NCBI GenBank assembly: GCA_965248445.1
Contig: CBDFJG010000001.1
Coordinates: 32,001 to 96,000, forward strand
DNA from: Planctomycetota bacterium
GTDB taxonomy: Bacteria; Planctomycetota; JAJSAM01; JAJVHW01
DNA length: 64,000 bases
Reading direction: 5' to 3'
In this document: piece after piece, positions 49,889-59,527 of the stretch
How the letters are laid out: each line of letters begins with the position of its first letter
Numbering within the stretch: the first letter of the stretch is position 1
Notes under the pieces: generated by a model
The model's input: the letters and a program-made list of their open reading frames with translations, nothing else
Databases searched by the model: none
What the model was told of the DNA's origin: nothing
Program-made: the position numbers and the translations under genes

Positions 49889-52368
49889 CCGCCGATCCGC
49901 TCGCGATGGCAGCCCTCGCCTACGCCAGAGACGGGATGGCCGTCCTTCCGCTCCACTCGATCGAGAACGGCGCCTGCACGTGCCGAAAGCCGGGCTGCTC
50001 GTCCCCGGCGAAGCACCCGCGAACCCAGCACGGGTTGAGCGAGGCGTCGAAGGACGAGGACACCATCCGACGCTGGTGGGAGCGGTGGCCGTCCGCCAAC
50101 GTCGGCATCGCGACGGGAGCCCTCTCGGGGATCGTCGTCCTGGACGTTGATCCGAAGAACGGCGGCGACGACGGCCTGGTCGGACTGCGCGAGGAGTACG
50201 GCGACCTGCCCGCCACTCGCACCGTGGCCACCGGCGGCGACGGCTCGCACTTCTACTTCCGCCATCCCGGCGTCGAGGTTCGCAACTCGGCTCAGCGCGT
50301 CGGACTGGGACTCGACGTACGGGGCGACGGGGGCTACGTCGTCGCCCCGCCGAGTCTTCACGCCAGTGCCCGGAACTACGAGTGGCTGAACGACCTGGAG
50401 CCGGCACAGCTGCCGGACTGGCTCCTCACGGAGATGCAGGGAAAGCGTGCTCGTACGAAGGAGCGCAACCCGCCCGTCGCGGGCGTCGGCGAGTCGCCGT
50501 ATGGGCGCGCCGCCCTGGACCGCGAGTCGGCCGACGTGTCTTCCGCGCCCGAGGGAACCCGCAACGACCGCCTGAACGCTGCGGCGTTCTCGCTCGGCCA
50601 ACTGGTCGGTGGCGGCGAACTGGAACAAGGCGCCTCCGAGGCGGCCCTACTGGACGCCGCCCTCGCGTCGGGGCTCCCCGAGTCCGAGGCGCGACGCACG
50701 CTACGCAGCGGCATCGAAAGCGGGATGCAGGAGCCGCGCACAGCGCCGTCCCCGGAGAACTACTTCACGCCATCCGCGAACGGGCCCGGCGCAGATGACG
50801 ACGGACCTGCCGAGCCCCGGCCCCGCGGCATCCTCTGCACCGACCTGGGAAACGCGCGACGGCTCGTCGTCCGTCACGGGAAGGACCTCCGGTACTGCGC
50901 GTCGCTCGGCTGGTTCGTGTGGGACGGGCGTCGCTGGAAGAAGGACGAGACCGGAGCGGCGATGCGCCGCGCGAAGGAGACGGTCGAGTCGGTGTGGGAC
51001 GAGGTGAAGCGCGCGGGCACGACCGAGGAGCGCGATCGCCTGGTGAAGTGGGCCATCCGTTCGCAAGCCGCGCAGCGCCTCACGGCGCTCCTCTCCGTCG
51101 CGGCCACCGAGGCGCCCATTGCCGTCACGACGGCCGACTTCGACAGCGACGCCTGGGCGCTGAACGTCCGGACGGGCACGATCGACCTGCGGACCGGGGA
51201 ACTCCGTCCCCACCGTCGCGAGGATCTGATCACGAAGATCGCGCCGGTGGAGTACGACCCGGCCGCGTCCTGCCCGGTGTTCGAGCGGTTCATCGGTCAG
51301 GTCTTCCAGGAGAAGCCCGACCTCATCGGCTTCGTGCAGAAGGCCTGCGGCTACGCGCTGACGGGCGACGTCTCTCACCAGGTGCTCTTCTTCCTCTACG
51401 GCGAGGGAGCGAACGGCAAGAGCACGCTCATGGACGTACTGCTCCACGTGCTGGGCGAGTACGCCTCGCCGGCTGCGCCCGACCTCCTCCTGGCCCGGCG
51501 CGGCGAACGCCACCCGACCGAGATCGCCGACCTCTTCGGGAAGCGTCTCGTCTCCTGCGTCGAGGCCGGTGAGAAGCGCGGCTTCAACGAGGCGATCGTG
51601 AAGTGGATCACCGGCGGCGACCGCCTGAAGGCGCGCCTCATGCGCATGGACTTCTTCGAGTTCCCGCCGACGCACAAGGTGTTCCTCAGCGCCAACCACC
51701 GGCCGCGTGTCACCGAGACGGCGCACGCATTCTGGCGCCGCATCCGGATGATCCCGTTCAACGTCGTCTTCAGGGACCGCCCCCCGGGCGCAACCGGCGA
51801 TCCGGCACCGGGTGAGAAGGATGCGCGGCTCCCGGAGAAGCTGCGAGCCGAGGCGGCCGGAGTACTGCGCTGGGCGGTCGAGGGTTGCCTCCGGATGCAG
51901 TCCGAGGGGATCGACCCGCCGCAGGAGGTCCGCCAGGCCACCGACGACTACCGCCAGGGCGAGGACCTCATCGGCACGTTCCTGGGCGAGTGCTGCGTCC
52001 GTCGGGACGGCGCCCGTTGCGGGAAGACCGAACTCTACAAGGCGTACGTTGCGTGGACCGAAGAGGGGGGCGAGAAGCACGTCGCGAACCGCGGCTTCCG
52101 GGCCTACCTGCTGCGCCACGGTGTGGTCGAGAAACGCGTCGGCAAGAAGAGGTTCTGGAGCGGGATCGGGCTGCTTTCGGACCACCCCGGAGACCCCGCA
52201 GGTGACGCGGTGACGCGGGGTGACGGCAATCTCCGTATGACGGGAGAATCGTATGCGCGCGAAGGCGTCATACCGGATTCGGCGTCACCTGCCGTCACCG
52301 CGTCACCCGCACCCAGAAGTCCCTCTCGCACAACGCTTTACGACGACGCCATGGAAGTGCCGTTCTGA
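49885..52368 (+). CDS. Bifunctional primase-polymerase fused to a P4/D5-family helicase
   Basis: CTC..PGC.SPAKHP, ANVGIATG, VLDVD, DVRGDGGYVVAPPS; TDLGNARRL; GEGANGKST; KWITGGDRLKAR; FWRRIRMIPF. Confidence 0.92.
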   Translation: MTADPLAMAALAYARDGMAVLPLHSIENGACTCRKPGCSSPAKHPRTQHGLSEASKDEDTIRRWWERWPSANVGIATGALSGIVVLDVDPKNGGDDGLVGLREEYGDLPATRTVATGGDGSHFYFRHPGVEVRNSAQRVGLGLDVRGDGGYVVAPPSLHASARNYEWLNDLEPAQLPDWLLTEMQGKRARTKERNPPVAGVGESPYGRAALDRESADVSSAPEGTRNDRLNAAAFSLGQLVGGGELEQGASEAALLDAALASGLPESEARRTLRSGIESGMQEPRTAPSPENYFTPSANGPGADDDGPAEPRPRGILCTDLGNARRLVVRHGKDLRYCASLGWFVWDGRRWKKDETGAAMRRAKETVESVWDEVKRAGTTEERDRLVKWAIRSQAAQRLTALLSVAATEAPIAVTTADFDSDAWALNVRTGTIDLRTGELRPHRREDLITKIAPVEYDPAASCPVFERFIGQVFQEKPDLIGFVQKACGYALTGDVSHQVLFFLYGEGANGKSTLMDVLLHVLGEYASPAAPDLLLARRGERHPTEIADLFGKRLVSCVEAGEKRGFNEAIVKWITGGDRLKARLMRMDFFEFPPTHKVFLSANHRPRVTETAHAFWRRIRMIPFNVVFRDRPPGATGDPAPGEKDARLPEKLRAEAAGVLRWAVEGCLRMQSEGIDPPQEVRQATDDYRQGEDLIGTFLGECCVRRDGARCGKTELYKAYVAWTEEGGEKHVANRGFRAYLLRHGVVEKRVGKKRFWSGIGLLSDHPGDPAGDAVTRGDGNLRMTGESYAREGVIPDSASPAVTASPAPRSPSRTTLYDDAMEVPF
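52201..52307. repeat. Symmetric iteron-like array, candidate replication origin
   Basis: GGTGACG at 52201/52209/52219 mirrored by CGTCACC at 52283/52293/52301; TATGACG 52236 mirrored by CGTCATA 52266. Confidence 0.75.
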
Positions 52369-52904
52369 TGCGGGGCGCCGAGACCGCCCTCGAAGCCCCG
52401 TCGGTGGACGGCTCGCCGGGCACCGCAGGTGACGCAGCCGTCACTCTTTCGACGACCCGGGCGCCCTGTATCGCCGCCGACTCCAGCGGACAGCACTGCG
52501 TCCTCGGTCTGCTGCTCGGTGTGGCCTGTTGCCCGGACGGGGACTGCTCCCAATGCCAAGAGACCGGCGAGCGGATGCGCCGCAGCGGGTTCTCCCTGGC
52601 GGCCGTGGCACGGTCCCACGCCCGCTCTCGGCGCGGCCTGCTCGCGGTCTGCCCGACGTGCGGCTGTCCGCCGCCGCCCGCGCCGGACGTGATGCCGCCG
52701 CTGCCGCGCCTCGACCGCTCGACGAAGGTGCTCTCGGGTTCACCGTGCTGCCGCATCTGCGGCGCGTCGCTCAAGCCGCCAAAGCGCCACTACTGCTCCA
52801 ACGAGTGCTGGCTCGAGCGCCGCCGCGACGTGGAGGGTTGGGGACAGAACGGTCACCGCCGCTCGCCGGCTGGGGTCACGGCGCACCGCATCCGCAGGGC
52901 GTGA
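52368..52904 (+). CDS. Cys-rich hypothetical protein
   Basis: TGATG overlap with the primase stop; CRICGASLK.....YCSNEC motif. Confidence 0.5.
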   Translation: MRGAETALEAPSVDGSPGTAGDAAVTLSTTRAPCIAADSSGQHCVLGLLLGVACCPDGDCSQCQETGERMRRSGFSLAAVARSHARSRRGLLAVCPTCGCPPPPAPDVMPPLPRLDRSTKVLSGSPCCRICGASLKPPKRHYCSNECWLERRRDVEGWGQNGHRRSPAGVTAHRIRRA

Positions 52905-52961
52905 CCGGGATGACGACCGACCGATTGGCACGAGGCTCCGTACGCACCCACGCTGGACCCA

Positions 52962-53339
52962 ATGCCGCATCGACCTCCCCACGGCTGCGCCCAGCCCGGC
53001 TGCCCGGCCCTCGTCCGGCGCGGCGCGCGCTGCCCCGACCACGCCCGCGCGCTGGCCAGGGAGATCGACTCCATGCGTCCGTCGGCCGCGCGTCGCGGGT
53101 ACGGACACGGGTGGCGACAGATCCGTGCCGCCCGCCTGCGTCGCCACCCGCTCTGCGTGGTGTGCGAACGCCAGGGCCGCACGGTCCCAGCGACCGACGT
53201 GGACCACGTCGTCGCGCTGCGGCGCGGCGGCACCAACGCCGCGAGCAACCTCCAGTCGCTCTGCCACTACCACCACGCCAGCAAGACCGCCCGCGAGGAC
53301 GGTCGCTTCGGCCGCAGGCCACGGAGTGCCGCACGATGA
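52962..53339 (+). CDS. HNH endonuclease (packaging-associated)
   Basis: CAQPGCP, RGYG..W...R...L..HPLCVVC, VDHVV....GG.....NLQSLC..HHA.KT. Confidence 0.92.
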   Translation: MPHRPPHGCAQPGCPALVRRGARCPDHARALAREIDSMRPSAARRGYGHGWRQIRAARLRRHPLCVVCERQGRTVPATDVDHVVALRRGGTNAASNLQSLCHYHHASKTAREDGRFGRRPRSAAR

Positions 53340-53683
53340 CCCGCTTCGCCGTCCCGCTGCACGATCTCGAATGCATCTGGCGCACGCCGATGGGCGCCGC
53401 GCTGGTGGAGTCCGTACTCGACGACGAGGGCGAGGGCGCGGTCGTCACGATCCGCGGCGGCGAGGCGCTGGCCCTGACCGGCAACCCGCCGCGTGTGTCC
53501 GCCCTGGTGGCCGGACTACTGCGCGCGCGGCTGCCGGGGCCACTCGGTCGCGCGGCCCGCGTGTACGCCAACGAGGGCCGCGGGTGGCGAAGGGTCAGGA
53601 AGCCGCCGCCTGTGCTGGACCTCCCCGATGACCCGCCGCGCTTCGACGACGAGGCGCCGGAGGAGGCGCTCCTCCATGTCTGA
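53336..53683 (+). CDS. Hypothetical protein
   Basis: ATGA overlap with HNH; high-GC3 frame. Confidence 0.55.
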   Translation: MTRFAVPLHDLECIWRTPMGAALVESVLDDEGEGAVVTIRGGEALALTGNPPRVSALVAGLLRARLPGPLGRAARVYANEGRGWRRVRKPPPVLDLPDDPPRFDDEAPEEALLHV

Positions 53684-55139
53684 CACTCTGGCACCGGAGG
53701 GACCTCGAACGGGTCAGCCTCGGCCGAATGGACCGGCGGGGAAATCTTCCGCGCGTGACCGCGAAATAACGGCAGGGGGGGATGGAGCCTCCTCGGCGGC
53801 TCAGAACGGAGATTCCGGCGGCTGGCGCTCGCGCATCGTGGACCGCGGCGACGCGGCGCCCGGCGACCTCACGCTGAACCCGAAGAACTGGCGCGGCCAC
53901 CCCGCCGCGCAGCGTGACGCCCTCGCCGGTCTGCTCGACCAGGTCGGTTGGGTCCAGGACGTGGTCGTGAACCGCCGCACCGGCCATCTCGTGGACGGAC
54001 ACCTCCGCGTGGACCTCGCGCGGTCCCGCGGCGAGGCGACCGTGCCGGTGGTCTACGTGGACCTCTCCGAGGAGGAAGAGGTCCTCGTCCTCGCGTCGCT
54101 CGATCCGCTGGCCGCGATGGCGACCGCGAACCACGAGAAGCTCGTGTCGCTGCTCGGCGAGGCGAAGACCAACGACGCCGCGCTCCAGTCGCTCCTGTCC
54201 GATCTCGCGGCGCGCGCCGGGATGGGCGGCCACAGCACGGACGGGCTGACCGACCCCGACGACGTGCCGGACGCCCCCGACGAAGCCGTCACGCGACCCG
54301 GCGACCTGTGGGTGCTCGGGGACCACCGTCTGCTCTGCGGCGACAGCGGCAGAGCAGAGGACCTCGACCGGCTCCTCGACGGAGACGTCGTCCACCTCGT
54401 CAACACCGACCCGCCCTACAACGTGGCGGTCGAGCCGCGCAGCAACAACGCCATCGCCGCGAAGCGCGCGAAGCGATCGAACCACCAGCAGTCCGACGTC
54501 AACCGCGACCCGAGCAAGACCGTCGCGACGCACCAGCAGCTCCGCCCGCGCGACCGCGTGCTCGCGAACGACTGGCTGCCGGACTCCGAATTCGCGGCGC
54601 TGCTCCGCGCGTGGTTCGGGAACGTCTCCCGCGTCCTGCTGCCGGGCCGCAGCTTCTACATCTGGGGCGGCTACGCGAACTGCGCCAACTACCCGCCCGC
54701 CCTGGCCGAGGCAGGACTCTACTTCAGCCAGGCGATCATCTGGATGAAGGAGCACCCCGTCCTCACGCGCAAGGACTTCATGGGGAACCACGAGTGGGCC
54801 TTCTACGGGTGGAAGGAGGGCGTGGCCCACTACTTCGATCCCTCGGTCAACAACGAGACCGACGTGTGGTCCGTCAAGAAGGTGAACCCGCGCACGATGG
54901 TCCACCTGACGGAGAAGCCCGTCGAGTTGGCCGCACGCGCGATCCGCTACTCGTCGCGGCCGGGCGAGACGGTGCTCGACCTCTTCGGCGGTTCGGGCTC
55001 GACGCTCATCGCCGCCGAGCAGCTCGGTCGCCGCGCGCGAGTCATGGAACTGGACACTCTCTACTGCGACGTGATCGTCAAGCGGTGGGAGGCGTTCACC
55101 GGAAGCAAGGCCGAGCGCGCCCAGGAGGCGGCGGCGTGA
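53676..55139 (+). CDS. ParB-like domain plus N6/N4 DNA methyltransferase (start uncertain)
   Basis: NPKNWRGHP, LVDGHLR; GDLWVLGDHRLLCGDS, NTDPPYNV, H.TEKPVEL, VLDLFGGSGSTLIA. Confidence 0.92.
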   Translation: MSDTLAPEGPRTGQPRPNGPAGKSSARDREITAGGDGASSAAQNGDSGGWRSRIVDRGDAAPGDLTLNPKNWRGHPAAQRDALAGLLDQVGWVQDVVVNRRTGHLVDGHLRVDLARSRGEATVPVVYVDLSEEEEVLVLASLDPLAAMATANHEKLVSLLGEAKTNDAALQSLLSDLAARAGMGGHSTDGLTDPDDVPDAPDEAVTRPGDLWVLGDHRLLCGDSGRAEDLDRLLDGDVVHLVNTDPPYNVAVEPRSNNAIAAKRAKRSNHQQSDVNRDPSKTVATHQQLRPRDRVLANDWLPDSEFAALLRAWFGNVSRVLLPGRSFYIWGGYANCANYPPALAEAGLYFSQAIIWMKEHPVLTRKDFMGNHEWAFYGWKEGVAHYFDPSVNNETDVWSVKKVNPRTMVHLTEKPVELAARAIRYSSRPGETVLDLFGGSGSTLIAAEQLGRRARVMELDTLYCDVIVKRWEAFTGSKAERAQEAAA

Positions 55140-55312
55140 AGCGCGTGTTCGTCTGCTCACCCTGGCGGGAGGACCCCGTGCGCGGCGCGGCGACCCTGCG
55201 CGCGGTCCTGCGCGACGTACTGCGGGAGGGGAACGCGCCGTTCGCGCCCCACGGGCTCTACCCGCAGGTGCTCGACGACGCGCTGGCCGAGCAGGAGGCG
55301 CGTCGTGGGTAG
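55136..55312 (+). CDS. Short, probably truncated phage hypothetical protein
   Basis: KRVFVCSPW...G.APFAPHGLYPQVLDD matches the N-terminal half of a common phage protein family; only 58 aa. Confidence 0.5.
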   Translation: MKRVFVCSPWREDPVRGAATLRAVLRDVLREGNAPFAPHGLYPQVLDDALAEQEARRG

Positions 55313-55802
55313 GGCGCGCGCTCCGGGAGGCGGCCGCAAGCCCAAGCCCACGGCGCTCAAGGTGCTGGCAGGGAACCCCGGCAAGCGCAAGCTCAACGAC
55401 CGCGAACCGAAGCCCAGGGCCGTGATCCCCAAGTGCCCGAAGATCCTCCAGGGCGAGGCGCGTTCGGAGTGGCGGCGCATCGCCAAGAAGCTCCACGCGC
55501 TCGGGCTCCTCACCGAGATCGACGGCGCGGCGCTCACGACCTACTGCCTGACGTGGGCACGGCTCGTCGATGCCGAGGAGAAGCTGCGCCAGCACGGCAC
55601 GATCATCATCTCGCCGAACGGCTTTCCCGTTCAGTCGCCCTACCTCAGCATCGCGACCAAGGCGACCGAGCAGCTCGTGCGGGTTCTCGTTGAGTTCGGG
55701 ATGACCCCGTCGTCGCGTGCCCGTGTCCAGGTCCCGCAGGCGCCGGCTGCCGCCCAGGACCCGGAGCTCGAGCGGTTCTTCGGCGCGTCCGGTGGTGCGT
55801 AG
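55305..55802 (+). CDS. terS: Phage terminase small subunit, P27 family
   Basis: GRKPKPTALKVLAGNPGKRKLN, GLLTEIDGAAL..YC, QSPYLSI, EFGMTPSSRAR. Confidence 0.92.
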   Translation: MGRARAPGGGRKPKPTALKVLAGNPGKRKLNDREPKPRAVIPKCPKILQGEARSEWRRIAKKLHALGLLTEIDGAALTTYCLTWARLVDAEEKLRQHGTIIISPNGFPVQSPYLSIATKATEQLVRVLVEFGMTPSSRARVQVPQAPAAAQDPELERFFGASGGA

Positions 55803-58599
55803 CGACGACCGCGCCGCCGCGACCGAGGCCGCCGTCCGCGCGAACGCCGAGGCGCGCGAGCGGTGGCCCGGCGTCACGATCGCCATCGACGACGCGGACG
55901 GGCGCTACTGGTTCGACGAGACCGAGGCCGCGCGCGCCGTGGACTTCTTCCCGACGTTCCTCAGGCACCTGAAGGGCGAGTTCGCGGGTCGGGCGTTCGA
56001 GCTCTTGGACTGGCAAGCGGAGCTGCTCGTCCGTCCGCTCTTCGGCTGGAAGCGGCCGAGCGACGGCCTGAGGCGGTTCCGGCGCGTGTTCCTGGAGATC
56101 GCCAAGAAGAACGGCAAGGCTCTCGGCCTCGACACGCCGATCCCGACGCCCGCGGGCTGGAGAACGATGCGCGACCTGCGTCCCGGGGACCGCGTCTTTG
56201 GGGCCGACGGGCATCCGATCCACGTGGTCGCCGCCACAGGCGTCCTGCACGGCCGCGAGTGCTTCCGCGTACGCTTCTCCGACGGCACGTCGCTGGTCGC
56301 CGACGCCGATCACCTCTGGTACACCGAGGCGCGCTCGGCGGGCGAGCAGGCCAGGGGACGGGCGGGGTCGATCCGCACCACGCGCGAACTGCACGCGACC
56401 GTGACCGGCCCGTTCCTCGGTGCGGGCGTGCGGTCGAACAACCACCGCATTCCGGTCGCCGCCCCCCTACGCCTCCCGCCGGCACGCCTCCCCATCCCGC
56501 CGTACACGCTCGGCGTCTGGCTCGGCGACGGCGACTCCGCCGGGAGTGGCGTTACGATCAATGATCGCGACCTCGACATCCTGGCGCACGTCTGGGACGA
56601 GGGCATCCCGCTGCGCGAGACCGCGGCGCAGCCTGGCTGCTCGCACTTCCGGCTCGGCCTCCAGAACCAGCCCAGCGTGCTCGACGGCGTGTCGCTCCAA
56701 GGGGTGCTCCGCGACCTCGGCCTGCTCGGCGACAAGCACATCCCGGCCGTCTACCTGCGCGCCTCGTTCGAAGAGCGCATGGCGCTCGTGCAGGGGCTCA
56801 TGGACACCGACGGCACTGCGAGCAAGGCGGGCGAGTGCGAGATTACGACCGTCCATCCGAGGCTCCGCGACGGCATCGTGGAGCTGCTGCGGAGTCTCGG
56901 ATTCAAGCCGTCCGTGCGCGAGGAGCGGGCCGTCCTCGACGGCCGAGACTGCGGCCCGTGCTACGACATCCAGTTCCGCTCATGGTCTGACGATCGGCCG
57001 GTGTTCCGGACGCCGTGGAAGCTCGGTCGCTTGAAGCCGCGCCCCAACCGCCGGCCGCGCTCCACGTCGCGCTACGTCGTCGCCATCGAGCCCGTGCCGT
57101 CAGTGCCCGTGCGCTGCATCCAGGTGGACGCGCCCGACGGGCTCTTCCTGGCGGGCGACGGGATGGTCCCCACGCACAACAGCGGGATGTGCTCGGGGCT
57201 CGGGCTCTACCTGCTGCACTGCGACCGGGAGCCCGGCGCCGAGATCCTGGCCGCTGCGGCCGACCGCGAGCAGGCGGGCATCGTCTTCAACGAGGCGCGC
57301 GACATGAACGAGGTGAGCCCCGCGCTCGCCGGTCGCTCGGAGACCTACCGACGGTCCATCGTCGTGCCCGAGACGCGCTCCTCGTTCAAGGTCGTCAGCA
57401 GCGACGTGAAGGGTCGCCACGGCCCGAACATCCACGCGCTGCTCTTCGACGAGTTCCACGCGCAGCCCAACCGCGCGCTGTACGAGACGCTGGCGAAGGG
57501 CGTCGCGGCGCGGCGGCAGCCGATCGTACTGCTCATCACGACGGCGGGCGACGACCACGACTCGGTCTGCTACGAGGAGTATGAGTACGCGCGCCGCGTG
57601 ATGTCGGGCGTCTACGAAGACGAGACGTACCTGCCGATCGTCTTCGAGGCGGCCGAGGAGGACGACTGGCGCGACCCGGCGACGTGGGCGAAGGCCAACC
57701 CCTCACTCGACGTCACCGTCAAGCGCGACTACCTCGAAGCCGAGTGCCGCGCCGCTCAGGTCGAGCCCCGCAAGCAGAACGCCTTCAAGCGCCTGCACCT
57801 GAACGTCTGGACGCGGACCACCGACGTGTGGATTCCCGTGGAGTGGTGGAAGGCGTGTCCGCCGCTCCCGCCGATCGACACGCTCGCCGGGCTCCCCGTG
57901 GCGGGCGGCCTCGACCTCTCCAGCACGACGGACCTCACGGCGTTCGTGCTGGTGTTCCGGCTCCCGGCGACGACGACGGACGCCGAGGCCGTGGAGGTCG
58001 CGGAGTTCGACGAGTCGGGCGAGCCGATCAAGCGCACGCTCTCCATCAACTACGACCTGGCGGTCGTCCCCTACCTCTGGATGCCCGGGGACCGGATGCG
58101 CGAGCGGTCGCGCGAGGACGGCGTGGACTACGGCGTGTGGGAGCGCGCCGGGCACCTGCGGACCACGCCCGGCAGCGTCGTGGACTACGACTTCATCTAC
58201 CGCTCGATCGTGGACGAGATCGCGCCGCGCTACAAGGTGCGCCAGATCGGCTACGACCCGTGGAACGCGCTGCAGTTCGCGCTCCAGCTCGAGAAGGCGG
58301 GGTTCGACGCGATCGAGGTCCGGCAGGGGCCGCGCACGCTCTCGGCCGCCTGCAAGGTGCTCCACGCGCTCGTGAAAGCGGGCCGCGTCCACCACGCGGG
58401 CAACCAGACGATGACGTGGTGCGTGGCGAACACCGCCGTCAAGGAGGACGAGAACGAGAACGTCCGCCCCGTGAAGTCGAGCCCGAAGAAGCGCATCGAC
58501 GGCGTCGTCGCGGCCGTCACGGCTCTCTCCAGGCTGATGGTGCTGCCGGACCGTCCGGCGTCCCCGTACACCTACAGGGGCGTGCGCTCGGTCGGTTGA
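55795..58599 (+). CDS. terL: Phage terminase large subunit containing an intein
   Basis: FELLDWQ, EIAKKNGK|S Walker A, FDEFH, LITTAG, WAKANPSL, GLDLSSTTDLTA, YDPWNA, RIDGVVA. Confidence 0.95.
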   Translation: MRSDDRAAATEAAVRANAEARERWPGVTIAIDDADGRYWFDETEAARAVDFFPTFLRHLKGEFAGRAFELLDWQAELLVRPLFGWKRPSDGLRRFRRVFLEIAKKNGKALGLDTPIPTPAGWRTMRDLRPGDRVFGADGHPIHVVAATGVLHGRECFRVRFSDGTSLVADADHLWYTEARSAGEQARGRAGSIRTTRELHATVTGPFLGAGVRSNNHRIPVAAPLRLPPARLPIPPYTLGVWLGDGDSAGSGVTINDRDLDILAHVWDEGIPLRETAAQPGCSHFRLGLQNQPSVLDGVSLQGVLRDLGLLGDKHIPAVYLRASFEERMALVQGLMDTDGTASKAGECEITTVHPRLRDGIVELLRSLGFKPSVREERAVLDGRDCGPCYDIQFRSWSDDRPVFRTPWKLGRLKPRPNRRPRSTSRYVVAIEPVPSVPVRCIQVDAPDGLFLAGDGMVPTHNSGMCSGLGLYLLHCDREPGAEILAAAADREQAGIVFNEARDMNEVSPALAGRSETYRRSIVVPETRSSFKVVSSDVKGRHGPNIHALLFDEFHAQPNRALYETLAKGVAARRQPIVLLITTAGDDHDSVCYEEYEYARRVMSGVYEDETYLPIVFEAAEEDDWRDPATWAKANPSLDVTVKRDYLEAECRAAQVEPRKQNAFKRLHLNVWTRTTDVWIPVEWWKACPPLPPIDTLAGLPVAGGLDLSSTTDLTAFVLVFRLPATTTDAEAVEVAEFDESGEPIKRTLSINYDLAVVPYLWMPGDRMRERSREDGVDYGVWERAGHLRTTPGSVVDYDFIYRSIVDEIAPRYKVRQIGYDPWNALQFALQLEKAGFDAIEVRQGPRTLSAACKVLHALVKAGRVHHAGNQTMTWCVANTAVKEDENENVRPVKSSPKKRIDGVVAAVTALSRLMVLPDRPASPYTYRGVRSVG
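56119..57180 (+). mobile_element. Class 3 (Ala1, WCT) intein with LAGLIDADG homing endonuclease, 354 aa
   Basis: Starts ALGLDTPIPTP, DADHLW, LGVWLGDG, LVQGLMDTDG, VRCIQV, ends PTHN followed by Ser. Confidence 0.92.
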
Positions 58600-59381
58600 C
58601 CAGACTCGTCGTCGCTGACTGAAGTCGCGCTACTCGATGCTAGGTCCTCCGGCCATAGGAAGTACGGACCGAACCTCTTCGACACCTTGCGCTCGCCACC
58701 TGCCGCAACGCCGGACGGCGTCAGCCGATGGTCATCACCGGCGGGAACGAGGTAGCCGCGTGCCACCAACCGCTCCAACACCTGCGCCGCCTTCAACTTG
58801 TGCTTCCGCCCGAGCTTCGAAGTCGACAGCTTCTTCTCACCGCTGCTCTTCGGCGGCGCGTCCGCCTTTGCCTCCGCAACGGTCGGTGCCGCCGATGCCG
58901 GTTCGGACACACGCTCTGGCTCGGCTTCGCGAACGACCTTCTCGACGGACAGACGAACCTCGTCGCTGATCCGCAGGAGTCGGCGAGCCTCTTCGTAGAT
59001 CGCGTCGTAGAGGTCCGGTTCGCTCTGCCGCTCGACGAGCATCCCCATCTCGTGGTTGTTCACCTGGCTGAACTCGTAGAGGTTCATCGAGGCGACGATC
59101 GCCGTGGACTCGTTCAGATAGCACTTGGCGTGCAAGTTCTTGCAGAAGCTGGTTCGCACCGAGGAGAGGGAGCGGAGCCACGTGATCTCCTGCGGCTGCA
59201 GTTCGCTCTTCCCGTAGACGATCTGGATATTGATCTTCATCCGATCTTGGTCTTCCAGGCGCTGCCGGACGCGCTCGTTGAACTTCAGGTACGGGCTGAT
59301 GATGAAGATCTCCCGCTTCGCCTCCTTGAAGATCTGATCGAGTCGGTAGTTGATGCCATTGGTGTCGAGGAACTCGGCCAC
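58572..59381 (-). CDS. Phospholipase D-like (single HxK motif) nuclease-family protein, antisense cargo
   Basis: IISPYLK, NLHAKCYLNE..AIVASMNLYEFSQVNNHEMG; basic C-terminal domain; GGAG RBS. Confidence 0.85.
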   Translation of the reverse strand: MAEFLDTNGINYRLDQIFKEAKREIFIISPYLKFNERVRQRLEDQDRMKINIQIVYGKSELQPQEITWLRSLSSVRTSFCKNLHAKCYLNESTAIVASMNLYEFSQVNNHEMGMLVERQSEPDLYDAIYEEARRLLRISDEVRLSVEKVVREAEPERVSEPASAAPTVAEAKADAPPKSSGEKKLSTSKLGRKHKLKAAQVLERLVARGYLVPAGDDHRLTPSGVAAGGERKVSKRFGPYFLWPEDLASSSATSVSDDESGQPTERTPL

Positions 59382-59527
59382 GCGAATCTCCTGTGTTGGG
59401 GTCTCACGCCGGGGTTGACTCCAGCGCCTTCCAGACTGCCAGGAAGAGCGCCGATCGGGCGAACGATGACGGGCCGCGCAGACTCCGCACGTGGCGCGAG
59501 GCTCCGCGCGACCGCATCGTCGGACGG

